64,000 nt of DNA from Actinomycetota bacterium (GCA_009885805.1 VFJZ01000005.1:74999-138998), one strand, 5' to 3'; shown: positions 29,995 to 38,964, counted from the stretch's first letter. Notes: a model not told the origin generated them from the sequence alone. Made by a program: numbers and translations.

Positions 29995-30834
29995 ATGGTG
30001 ATGGTTCTCCGTTTCGCCCTGGCCGCGGTGCTCGTCTTCGCGGCGCTCGGCAAGCTGCGCGATCGCCGCGTCGTCGCGGCGCGGCTCGGGCTCGGAGCAA
30101 CCGTCGCCGCCGTCCTCGCCGAGGGAGCCGTCGGTGTCTGGCTAGCGTCCGGCCTGGCTCCCGGGGCCGCCGGCGCCGCGGCCGCCCTTCTCTTCGCGCT
30201 GTTCACGGTCTGGCTCCTGCGGCGCCGCGCGGCCGGAGCGCGACGCCTGCCCTGCGCGTGCTTCGGCGCCGGACCGGAGCGACCGACCTGGCTCCTCGCG
30301 ACGCGGGCGGGAGCGCTCGCCCTCCTCGCAGCCGTCGTCGCCTGGTCGCCGGCGACGCCCGCGCGGGAGACGGCAGTGGCGATCGCGGTCGCCCTCCTGG
30401 TCGTCGCCGTCGCCGCCCTGACGGTGCTCGTCCTCGCGCTGTACCGCCAGGTCGGCCTCCTGACGCTGCGACTCGGCCCGCGGTCGGCGCTCGAGTTGGC
30501 GGAGGAAGGTCCCGAACTCGGCCGCGATGCACCCACGCTCGACGGTCTCGGCCGAGCCGGTAGCGAACTGGTCGCCTTCATCGGCGAGGGCTGCCCCGTC
30601 TGCCACGACCTCGAACCGTCTCTACGCGCGCTCGCGCGCGAGGGCATCGCCCTCCGCCTCGTCGTGGACGTCGACGAGCCCGACGTCATCGAGCGCTGGG
30701 AGGTTCCGGGCACGCCGTTCGTGGTCGTCGTGGAAGACGGCATCGTCGCCGCGAAAGGCACCGTGAACACGCTGGAGGAGATCGAGGGCCTCATCGACCG
30801 CGCGCGTGCGCGAGTGGCGTATGCGGCGGCCTGA
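29995..30834 (+). CDS. MauE-MauD fusion (DoxX-like membrane domain plus thioredoxin-like domain)
   Basis: N-half AALGKL...PCACFG (MauE CxCFG); C-half RQVGLL...LGP...EGPELG..AP, CPVC, PGTPF, KGTVNT (MauD pattern). Confidence 0.85.
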   Translation: MVMVLRFALAAVLVFAALGKLRDRRVVAARLGLGATVAAVLAEGAVGVWLASGLAPGAAGAAAALLFALFTVWLLRRRAAGARRLPCACFGAGPERPTWLLATRAGALALLAAVVAWSPATPARETAVAIAVALLVVAVAALTVLVLALYRQVGLLTLRLGPRSALELAEEGPELGRDAPTLDGLGRAGSELVAFIGEGCPVCHDLEPSLRALAREGIALRLVVDVDEPDVIERWEVPGTPFVVVVEDGIVAAKGTVNTLEEIEGLIDRARARVAYAAA

Positions 30835-31402
30835 TCCGGACTCGCTCGCGATGCGTCTCGCCGCGGGGCGGACGCGACGGTCCTTCCTGGCCCGGGTCGG
30901 CGCGGCGACGTTCGCGGTCGTCGGCGGCCGCCTGGTTGCGGCCGCGGTGGCGCCGGAGGAGGCGCAGTCGTTTCACTTCTGCGGCCACATCTGGACGACC
31001 GGGTCCTGTCCGCATCCCGGGAAGCTGCCGCGCGTCGATCGACGCGGCCGGCCGGTGCGGACGAGTGATGGCCGGCCACTGGACAACCTCGGACGCCTGG
31101 TCAACGGCGAGGGCTACCCCGTCGACGAGGCCGGCGTCCGCCTGCTCGGCCCCGACGGCCAGCCGTTGCCGCGGGCGCCGCGCACGCGCCTGTGCGACGA
31201 CTGGGTGACGGAGCAGTACGGATTCGACGCGCGCCTCCAGGGGTCGTGGTTCCGCTGCTGCGGCAACCAGATCCGCAAGCTCCTCGACTGCTGCGCGACG
31301 AGCGACCGCCGCATCAACGGCGACCGCGCGCTCACCGGCTACTGCTGGGGCAATCGGAAGGTGTTCTGCGTGGTCTACCGGGACACGGGCCTGCCATGCT
31401 GA
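30821..31402 (+). CDS. Tat-exported Cys-rich protein, amine dehydrogenase light chain (MauA)-like
   Basis: Tat signal TRRSFL; 10 Cys in mature part; GSWFRCC...LLDCC...GYCWG...VFCVV; lies directly after mauE/D. Confidence 0.72.
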   Translation: MRRPDPDSLAMRLAAGRTRRSFLARVGAATFAVVGGRLVAAAVAPEEAQSFHFCGHIWTTGSCPHPGKLPRVDRRGRPVRTSDGRPLDNLGRLVNGEGYPVDEAGVRLLGPDGQPLPRAPRTRLCDDWVTEQYGFDARLQGSWFRCCGNQIRKLLDCCATSDRRINGDRALTGYCWGNRKVFCVVYRDTGLPC

Positions 31403-32745
31403 CCATCGCGCTCCTCTGCACGGCCGGGCTGATCGCGGGCGTGTCGGGCGCCTGGTCACCCTGAGGACTGTCGATGATGGAGACCATCGGGCCCGCCGTG
31501 TGCGGGTCGAAGAGCCGCACCGCCCTCGCCCTGACCTGCTTCGCGATCGGTGCCGTCGGCGTCGCCGCCGCCGTCGGGCTGGCGCTGGGCCTGATCGGCT
31601 CGCCGGCCCTGCTCCCACTCGCCATCGGCGTCGCGATCGCCGGTGCGCTGCGCGAGGCGGGGTTCGTACGCCTGCCACTGCCGCAGCTCCGCCGCCAGGT
31701 GCCTGAGCGCTGGCACCACGAACTGCCGCTGCCGATCTGGGCGGCGGGGTACGGAGCCGGCCTCGGCGCGGGGCTGCTGACCTTCCAACCCGTCGCGACC
31801 TTCATCGTCGTCGCAGTCGCCGCGGCGGCGTCCGGCCCGACGGCGGCTGCCCTGGCGCTGGCCGCGTTCGGCGTCGGGCGTGCGCTGGCCGCCGCCCTGC
31901 CGGGCCGGTTCATCGAGCGGATGGCGGGCCTGCTCGTCGGGATGCGCCGCGCGAACGCACTCACCCTCGCCCTGGTCGCGCTGGTGCTCGTGGTCGCGCC
32001 GGCCGGTGCGGCGCCGCTCGATCTCGGCGCCGGCAGTCAACTCGACCCGGCGGTCGGGGACGACGGCGCGCTTGCCTTCTCGCAGCGCAACGACGACGGC
32101 ACGACGGCCGTCGTCATCCACCCGCGGAGCGGAGCGCCGATCGTGATCGCGGGTGCCTCCGAGCCCAGCCTGCGCGACGAGTACCTCGCCGTCCGTGACG
32201 CCGCCGGCATCGTCGTCACGCGCTGGGCGACGGGCGAGATCGTCGGTCGCCTCGACGGCGCCTGGTCGAAGCCCGCGCTCGCGTGGCCGTTCATCGTCGG
32301 CGTGCTCGATCGCGGCTCACGGCGCCGCCTCGTCGTCGTCGACCTGCGCACGCGGAAGGGTCGGCAGATCGATGTCGTCAACCAGGGCGATGATCTCGGC
32401 AGGCCATCGATCGACCGCCATTACGTCGTCTGGCACCAGGCGACGCGGACGGCGTCGCGAATCCGGCTCGCCGACATCCGCACCTTCAGGACCTCGACGA
32501 TCCGCCGCTCGCGCCGGGTCCTCGTCTCGAATCCGTCGCTGCGACGAGGCACCGTCGTCTGGGTGGAGCAGAGTCTCGGCGTCTCGCGGCTCATGCAACG
32601 ACGGTTCAGTGGTGGACGGATCCGCGCGCGCCGTCTGGTGCGGTCGCCGCGGCTGTACTGGACGACGGCGATCGGCCCCGGCGGGGTGTATGTGACCACC
32701 TGGAACACGGCTCTGGGCCGGGCGCAGATCGAGCGGATCCGATGA
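31396..32745 (+). CDS. MauF-like membrane protein fused to a beta-propeller; probable selenoprotein (TGA at codon 23)
   Basis: ATG 31396 overlaps the upstream stop; MLTIALLCTAGLIAGVSGAWSP-TGA(31462-31464)-GLSMMETIG continues in frame into ORF 31474..32745; RQVPERW...GYGAGLGAGLLT. Confidence 0.8.
31472..31508 (+). promoter_or_regulatory. Candidate bacterial SECIS element
   Basis: GATGG-AGA-CCATC (31476-31488; alternatively CGATG/CATCG 31472-31489) and GGCCCGC-CGTGT-GCGGGTC (31490-31508) just 3' of the in-frame TGA, each with a G early in the loop. Confidence 0.55.
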
Positions 32746-33242
32746 CGGTCGCCGAGGCGATCCGGGGTCGCCGAACGGTGAAGGAGTTCGGCCCGGACGA
32801 GGTGCCGCGTGCGCTCGTCGCGGATCTTCTCGACCTCGCCGTCTACGCCCCCAACCACCACCGGACCGAGCCCTGGCGCTTCGTCGTCGCCGGTCCCGAG
32901 GCGATCCGCGCCCTCGCGGACGCAACCGGCGACGCCAAGCTGCTGCGGTCGAGGACCGCGATCGTGGTGGCGCAGGTGGTTGCCGACGACGCGGTCGTCG
33001 CGCGCGAGGACTTCGCGGCCTGCGCGTGCGCGATCCAGACGCTGATGCTGGCAGCGCGGGCGCTGGGGCTGGCGTCGTACTGGCGGACACCGAGGGCGCT
33101 GCAGACAGCGGCGGCAGCGGACGTCCTCGGACTCGAGGCCGGCACCGATCCGGTTGGCATCGTCCACCTCGGACATCCGGCCGGCCCGTTCCCCACCCCG
33201 CCCGTGCGCGCGGCCGGCACTCGGACGCGCTGGCTGCCGTAG
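32742..33242 (+). CDS. Nitroreductase family protein (YdjA-like)
   Basis: AIRGRRTVK, APNHHRTEPWRF, LAARALGLASYWRT; ATGA overlap with the MauF-like gene. Confidence 0.9.
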   Translation: MTVAEAIRGRRTVKEFGPDEVPRALVADLLDLAVYAPNHHRTEPWRFVVAGPEAIRALADATGDAKLLRSRTAIVVAQVVADDAVVAREDFAACACAIQTLMLAARALGLASYWRTPRALQTAAAADVLGLEAGTDPVGIVHLGHPAGPFPTPPVRAAGTRTRWLP

Positions 33243-33255
33243 ACTTCCGGGTGAG

Positions 33256-33480
33256 ATGGAAGCCTCCGCCACCACCAAGAATGCCAGCGTCTTCATCTGC
33301 AAGGACGGCCATCGCACCGTCGCGCTGTGGTCGACGCCTGACAGCTGCCGCCACGTGCGCGTACGCGCTCAGGGACCCTGCGGCCTGCCGGTCGTGCCGC
33401 TCGGCGACGCGCCGGCCGATGCCAAGGAGAAGATGCTGAATCCACTCAAGGCATCGAAGAAGGCGGCGAAGAAGAAGTGA
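33256..33480 (+). CDS. Small hypothetical protein, possible zinc ribbon with Lys-rich tail
   Basis: FICKDGH...SCRH...GPCG, ending KASKKAAKKK; coding-like codon use. Confidence 0.6.
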   Translation: MEASATTKNASVFICKDGHRTVALWSTPDSCRHVRVRAQGPCGLPVVPLGDAPADAKEKMLNPLKASKKAAKKK

Positions 33481-33731
33481 GTGCGGCGACGCGCTCGTTC
33501 GGCTGGATGTCCGGCCTCGACGACGCCGAGCGCGGTTCGGTCGCCTACTCCGAGCCCGGGACGATGCTCACCGACGGCGACGACTATCTCGACGCGACGT
33601 CGCCCAAGCGAGGCGCCGTGCGCGCCCTGGAGGGTGAACGCGTGCCGGAGGGCGGCGTCTACGTCTGCCGCAGCGCGGTCGGCGACGCGCTCTTCGACCG
33701 CCTGACGCAGGCCGCGTCGGGCAAGATCTAG
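33477..33731 (+). CDS. Small hypothetical protein
   Basis: 84 aa, GTGA overlap, GC3-rich. Confidence 0.6.
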   Translation: MSAATRSFGWMSGLDDAERGSVAYSEPGTMLTDGDDYLDATSPKRGAVRALEGERVPEGGVYVCRSAVGDALFDRLTQAASGKI

Positions 33732-34774
33732 GCCGCGTTCCCCGCGAGCCAGAGCTCGAGTGTCGCGGTGACGTTCGCGACCGCGTCGAGGTGCGCGATC
33801 TCGCAGCCGTGCGTGTTGTCGGTCGCGATCGCCACGCAGGCAGCCCGGCCGACGCCCCCGTCCGAGTAGGCGCTCGACCCGTCGGACGCATAGCGGTCGA
33901 GCACGACGTGCCGCGGCTCCAGCGAGAGGGAACGGGCGGCGGCCGCGATCTCCTCGGACAACGCGTGATCGAGCGTCGAGCGAACGTCGGCCTCGACCAG
34001 GACCGGGTCGGCGACGGCCGACAGGCCGTACTCGACGGCGGTCGGCGCGACCTCGATGGCGACGAGCCGGTCGATCTCGCTGCGGCGCGCGTAGTAGCGG
34101 GCGCCCATGCAGCCCGTTTCCTCCCGGCTCGTGAAGACGAGGTCGACGTCGCCGGCCGGAGCCGTGAGCCGCTCCGCGAGAAGGAGCAGCACGGCGCAGG
34201 CGATGCGATCGTCGAGGTTCGAGGCGGCGACGAACTCCTGCTCGCTGCCGAGTCGGATGGGGAGGCGCCGGGCGGCGCCGAGCACGGCACGCGTCCCCGG
34301 CCGGACACCGGCGGCGGCCAGGTCCTCGGCCGTCCTCTTCGTCTCGGCCCACACGTCGCGCCAGGAGATACCGCCGGTACCGTCGACCGCTGGCCGCTGC
34401 GGCGATTCCGCCGAGACGTGCCGCGAGCCGAACGAGAGTACCGCGGGAATCGTCCCGCCGTCGACCAGCAGGTCGAGCGGCCCTTCACCCCACACCCAGG
34501 GATGGGCGTCACCGACGGCGACGAGACGGACGCGACCGTCGTCGGAGACGCGCTTGACGATCGCGCCGATCTCATCCTTGTGGGCGGCCAGCGCCGTCGC
34601 TGGACCGTCGCCGCGGCCGGCGATCCGCACGATCCGATTCCCCGCGCCGTCACTGCGCACGCCGAGTGCGGCGAGCCGCCGGTCGAGGTACGCGTCGAAC
34701 TCCTGCTCGGCGCCCGAGGGCGCGCGAAGCGAGAGCAGCTCCGCCAGCAGGGAGAAGGTCGAATCGCGATCCAC
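33728..34774 (-). CDS. M42 family metallopeptidase
   Basis: APSGAE, AHKDEIG, LDDR, REETG, HGCE. Confidence 0.88.
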   Translation of the reverse strand: MDRDSTFSLLAELLSLRAPSGAEQEFDAYLDRRLAALGVRSDGAGNRIVRIAGRGDGPATALAAHKDEIGAIVKRVSDDGRVRLVAVGDAHPWVWGEGPLDLLVDGGTIPAVLSFGSRHVSAESPQRPAVDGTGGISWRDVWAETKRTAEDLAAAGVRPGTRAVLGAARRLPIRLGSEQEFVAASNLDDRIACAVLLLLAERLTAPAGDVDLVFTSREETGCMGARYYARRSEIDRLVAIEVAPTAVEYGLSAVADPVLVEADVRSTLDHALSEEIAAAARSLSLEPRHVVLDRYASDGSSAYSDGGVGRAACVAIATDNTHGCEIAHLDAVANVTATLELWLAGNAA

Positions 34775-34804
34775 CCGGCAAGCGTACTCGCGTACCCTGC
34801 GCGA

Positions 34805-35602
34805 GTGCCGCTGACACCGGAGCAGGTGAACTACTCCGCCGAGTTGCTCGCCGAGGCCCGTCACCGCGTCGCGACGATCCCCGCGCTGCCGGCCGCGTGC
34901 CGGCCGGCCGACCTCGCCGACGCCTACGCGATCTGCGACCGGCTCGATGAGATCCTCGGGTGGGAGGTCGCCGGCTGGTACCTGGGCGCGACCAACGTCG
35001 AGATCCAGCGTCTGCTCGGGCTCGACGGTCCGTACATGGCGCGCCTGTACGCGCGGCTCGCGATCGCGAGCCCGGCTCGACTCGACGCCTCGGCCTACCC
35101 GCCGATGGTGCTGGAGTGCGAGTTCGCGTTCCGGCTCGGCCGCGATCTGCCCGCCCGCGACACCCCCTACGACCGGGCGGACGTCGCCGCCGCGATCACG
35201 ACCGTCCACCCGTCGATCGAGGTCGTCGCCGGCCACATCGCCGACTGGACGGAGCAGGACGTCTGGTCCGTGATCGCCGACAACGGCACCGACGGCGCAC
35301 TCGTCTACGGCGAGGGCGTGACCGACTGGCGCACCATCGACCTGCGGGGCGTCGACGTCGTGCTACGGGTGAACGGCGAGATCGTGCGTAAGGGTCGGGG
35401 AGAGGCCGTGCTGGGCGATCCGCTCGATGCCATGGTGTGGCTCGCGAATGCCCGACGAGCCGCCGGAGACGGTCTGCGCGCCGGCATGATCTGCAACACG
35501 GGCACGGCGACGTCGATCTGCCCCGTCGCGGCGGGCGATCGGGCGGAGGCGACGTTCAGCTCGCTCGGCAGCACCGCGCTGACGGTGGTGCTGGAACCCT
35601 GA
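34805..35602 (+). CDS. 2-keto-4-pentenoate hydratase (MhpD-like)
   Basis: ECEFAF, PSIEVV, IADNG, VLGDPLDAMVWLAN, NTGT. Confidence 0.88.
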   Translation: MPLTPEQVNYSAELLAEARHRVATIPALPAACRPADLADAYAICDRLDEILGWEVAGWYLGATNVEIQRLLGLDGPYMARLYARLAIASPARLDASAYPPMVLECEFAFRLGRDLPARDTPYDRADVAAAITTVHPSIEVVAGHIADWTEQDVWSVIADNGTDGALVYGEGVTDWRTIDLRGVDVVLRVNGEIVRKGRGEAVLGDPLDAMVWLANARRAAGDGLRAGMICNTGTATSICPVAAGDRAEATFSSLGSTALTVVLEP

Positions 35603-36858
35603 TGCTCCGCCGGGTCGCGGTCGACCTCTCGCCGCTCCGCGACGCGCCAGCGTTCCGCCGCCTCCTCGCCGGCCAGGCGTTCGAGACGATCGCCGGGTTC
35701 ATCGTCTACGTCGCGATCCCGATCCAGGTCTACGACGAGACCCGCTCGACGCTCGCCGTCGGCCTGCTCGGCATCGTCGAGCTCGGCCCGCTCCTGGCGG
35801 CGTCGATCATCGGCGGCGGGATCGCCGACGCCGTCGACCGCGTCCGCGTGATCGTCCGGGTCGAACTCGGCGTCATCGCCGTCGCCGTCGCCCTCGCCGT
35901 CAACGCCTTCACCGGCACGCAGGTGTGGCTCCTCTACGTCCTCGCCGCCGCCTCGACGGGGATCGGGGCGCTCGGCTGGCCGGCCGCCCGGGCGCTGCTC
36001 CCCCGCTATGTGCCGCCGGAAGCGCTCGCGCCGGCCAACGCCCTGAACGGCACCGTCCTCAACTTCGGCGCCGTCGCCGGCCCCGGCCTCGGCGGCGTGC
36101 TCGTCGCGTTCCTCGGCGCCGGGGGTGCCTATCTGATCGCCGCCGCCCTCGCCCTCGCGGCGGTCGCGGCCTTCACGGGCCTGCCGTCCACGCCGCCGCT
36201 CGCAGGCGAGGGTGCGGCCGAGCGGGTGTCGGTCGGATCGATCGTCGCCGGGTTCCGCTACGTCCGCACGCAACCGGTGATCCTCGGCGTCTTCCTCGCC
36301 GACTCGACGGCGATGGTCTTCGGCATGCCACGCGCGCTCTTCCCGGCCTACGCCGACGACCTCGGCGGCGCCGCAACCGCGGTCGGCCTCCTCTACGCGA
36401 TGCCCTACGCAGGCGCCCTGCTTGCGAGCCTCATGAGCGGCTGGACGAACCACGTGGTCCGTCAGGGCCGCTGGGTGAACGGGATGATCGTGCTCTGGGG
36501 TTTCGCAATCGCCGGGTTCGGGCTCCTCGGCAACGTCTGGCTCGCGCTCGCCTGTCTCGCGATCGCCGGTGGCGCCGACACCATCTCGGCGATCTTCCGG
36601 TCCGTCATCGTCCAGCGCGAGACCCCCGACGCGATGCGCGGCCGGGTATCGGGGATGGAGCTGGCGCAGGTCGCCGCGGCGCCGATGATCGGTGACTTCG
36701 AAGCGGGTCTCGTCGCCTCGCTGACGTCCGTGAAGGTGTCGATCGTGTCGGGCGGCGTCGCCTGCGTCGGCGTCATCGCCGCCCTCGCCGTCGTCGTCCC
36801 GGCCCTCGATCGCTATCGCCGGCCCACGGTGGGCCGTTTGCCGACCGATGCTGTTTAA
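35602..36858 (+). CDS. MFS transporter (EntS-like)
   Basis: VDLSPLR, MVFGMPRALFP, TPDAMRGR. Confidence 0.9.
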   Translation: MLRRVAVDLSPLRDAPAFRRLLAGQAFETIAGFIVYVAIPIQVYDETRSTLAVGLLGIVELGPLLAASIIGGGIADAVDRVRVIVRVELGVIAVAVALAVNAFTGTQVWLLYVLAAASTGIGALGWPAARALLPRYVPPEALAPANALNGTVLNFGAVAGPGLGGVLVAFLGAGGAYLIAAALALAAVAAFTGLPSTPPLAGEGAAERVSVGSIVAGFRYVRTQPVILGVFLADSTAMVFGMPRALFPAYADDLGGAATAVGLLYAMPYAGALLASLMSGWTNHVVRQGRWVNGMIVLWGFAIAGFGLLGNVWLALACLAIAGGADTISAIFRSVIVQRETPDAMRGRVSGMELAQVAAAPMIGDFEAGLVASLTSVKVSIVSGGVACVGVIAALAVVVPALDRYRRPTVGRLPTDAV

Positions 36859-36875
36859 CCCGGAGGGAGGACCAC

Positions 36876-38346
36876 ATGGCACGACGGATCCTGATCGTGC
36901 TCGCAGCGGCGCTGGCGCTGGCGGCCGCGGCCGGCACATCGACCGCGAGCGCCGAACGCGGACACCCCGACCGCGATCGCGGTGAGCGCACGCGACCGAC
37001 GCGCGTCCTGATCGTCGTGTTCGACCAGATGCGGCCGGAGTACGCCGACCGCTTCAACATGGTCAACTTCAAGGCGCTCCGCGACGGCGGCACGAACTTC
37101 AAGAAGGCGTTCCTCGGCCACATGGGCTCGGAGACCGTCATCTCCCACAACGTGATGGTCTCGGGCCAGTCGCCCCGCAACGTGGGCTAAGTCGACGAGG
37201 TCTACCGCGCCGAGCAGAACCTGCTCGGCGCGGCGCCGGCAAGATGCGGGTGACCGGCGGCCTGACGCTGGCGCAATTCGAGATCATCGGCAACGCCGAG
37301 GGCTACCCGAAACTCTCGGACTACCTCCACACCAGGAGCCCGGGCAGCAAGTTCATCGCTGTCGGCGAGAAGTCGCATGCCGTGGAGTCCGTGATCGCCG
37401 GCACCGGCGATAGCGGCGTCCGCATGTCGAGCCGCCGCGCCGCCGCGGGGACGGCAATCGCTTCGTGCCCGGCAACGACCCCGCGCATCTCGCCGGCGAC
37501 GTCTGGGTGGCGGACGCGGCGATGGCGATGATGGAGAAAGAGCCCTGGAGCGGCATGCTCGTCACGCTCGGCGGCATCGACAAGGGTGGCCACATGTGGG
37601 GCGGCGACCAGGACACGGCGACGCCGATCCGGCCGTCGACCCGACCGACGTGCCGTACCTGGCCAAGGTCGCCGACGACCAGCTGGGGCGGATGGTCGCC
37701 AAGCTGCAGGCGCTCGGCCAGCTCGATGACACGCTGATCGTGCTCACCGCCGACCACGGCGTCACCCACGGCGCCGAGTTCTACGGCAACACCGGACCGG
37801 TCGACCAGGGCAACTTCAACTGGTACTACGGCGACAGCGTCAACGACGGGCCGTTCCTGCAGCCGTCGCCGCCCGTCGCGGCCCTGCAGACCGCCCTCGG
37901 CGGCAACATCCCCGTCGCGAAGAAGCAAGAGGCCGCCAAGGCGCTGCGCAGCGCACCCGGCGTGATCGCCACCTACTGGCGGGACGGCGACCGGTACGTG
38001 CTCGACTCGAAGCGGACCGACCGGAAGATGACCCGAGCCGAGCGGCGCTGGTTCAAGAAGAACGCCCGCGCGATCGTGAACTCGATGGCCGCAGACAACG
38101 GCCCGGACGCGGTCGGGCCGTTCGGCGACAACGTCACCTGGAGCGTCTACGGCGACCACGGCGGCCATTCCGAGGAGGCGCAGCGCGTCCCGCTGGTCTT
38201 CTGGAGCGCCGGCATGGCGGACGAGTCCTCATCCACACCGTTTCCGCACCGTCGACATCCTGCCGAGGATCCTGCGCACGATGGGGATCTCCAGGACGCA
38301 TGTGATGGACGGGCGCGCCCGCAAGCTCGACATCGACGACGACTGA
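36876..38346 (+). pseudogene. Alkaline phosphatase / nucleotide pyrophosphatase family, disrupted
   Basis: Signal peptide, VFDQMRP, ETVISH, DKGGH, TADHG, GDHGG, QRVPL spread over several frames; TAA at 37188-37190 plus several frameshifts. Confidence 0.85.
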
Positions 38347-38361
38347 TCCGACCCGAAGCGA

Positions 38362-38391
38362 CGCCGGGGGCGGCTATGGCCGCTCCCGGCG
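38362..38391. terminator. GC-rich hairpin at convergent gene ends
   Basis: CGCCGGGGGCGGC-TATG-GCCGCTCCCGGCG. Confidence 0.55.
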
Positions 38392-38964
38392 GAGCACCCG
38401 TGGACGGCGCGCCTCGAGCAGGTGCCGCCAGTCGAGGCGAGCGATCACGACAATCGGGACGATCGCGATGACCAGGCCGATCGCGAGCGGCAGAGGGGTG
38501 GCTCGCTCCCGCACGACCCGTTCGATCGAGCTCGCCGCGAAGGCGGCCGTCCCGACCGCCCAGCCGTAGACGAGCAGACGGCCGCTCGCGTAACAGCAGG
38601 CGATCGGCATCAGCCGGAGCCGCAGCGCACCGGCGGTGACGAAGATCGCGAGCGCCGGGTTGACCGGCGAAGCTGAGAGCAGCGCGAGGAACCTCGTCGC
38701 GTGCGAACGCGCACCGACGTACTCGGTGAGGAACTGCACGTTCGCGGCCAGCGCGCCGCGGACGAATCGCAGCGCACCGTGCCGCACGGCGATTGCCAGG
38801 AGCAGCCGACCGATGGTGGCGCCGGCCGCGCCCACCACGACGGCCTCGACATCACCGACGCCGTCCCTGAGCGCGACGACGGCGACGACCGCCGCCGTCG
38901 CGATCGCGGACGGGACGAGGTTGAGGAGAACGCAGATCCCGAGCAGCACCGCGAGCGTGAGCAC
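38374..38964 (-). CDS. Hypothetical integral membrane protein
   Basis: Several hydrophobic helices; TACCGT just upstream of the GTG. Confidence 0.65.
   Translation of the reverse strand: MLTLAVLLGICVLLNLVPSAIATAAVVAVVALRDGVGDVEAVVVGAAGATIGRLLLAIAVRHGALRFVRGALAANVQFLTEYVGARSHATRFLALLSASPVNPALAIFVTAGALRLRLMPIACCYASGRLLVYGWAVGTAAFAASSIERVVRERATPLPLAIGLVIAIVPIVVIARLDWRHLLEARRPRVLRRERP

Noticed and set aside
30598..30612. CPVCH as a c-type haem-binding motif (MauG substitute)
   Set aside because: It lies at the CxxC position of a thioredoxin-like MauD domain with the downstream cis-Pro motif (GTP); a redox dithiol is more likely.
31192..31464. 90-aa ORF ending ...GAWSP as a separate gene, and ATG 31474 as the true start of the next gene
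   Set aside because: Only the last 22 codons look coding, and they are in frame with the downstream ORF; better explained as one read-through gene from 31396.
37188..37190. In-frame stop in the phosphatase gene as a recoding event
   Set aside because: It is TAA, not TGA or TAG, and the gene has several additional frameshifts.
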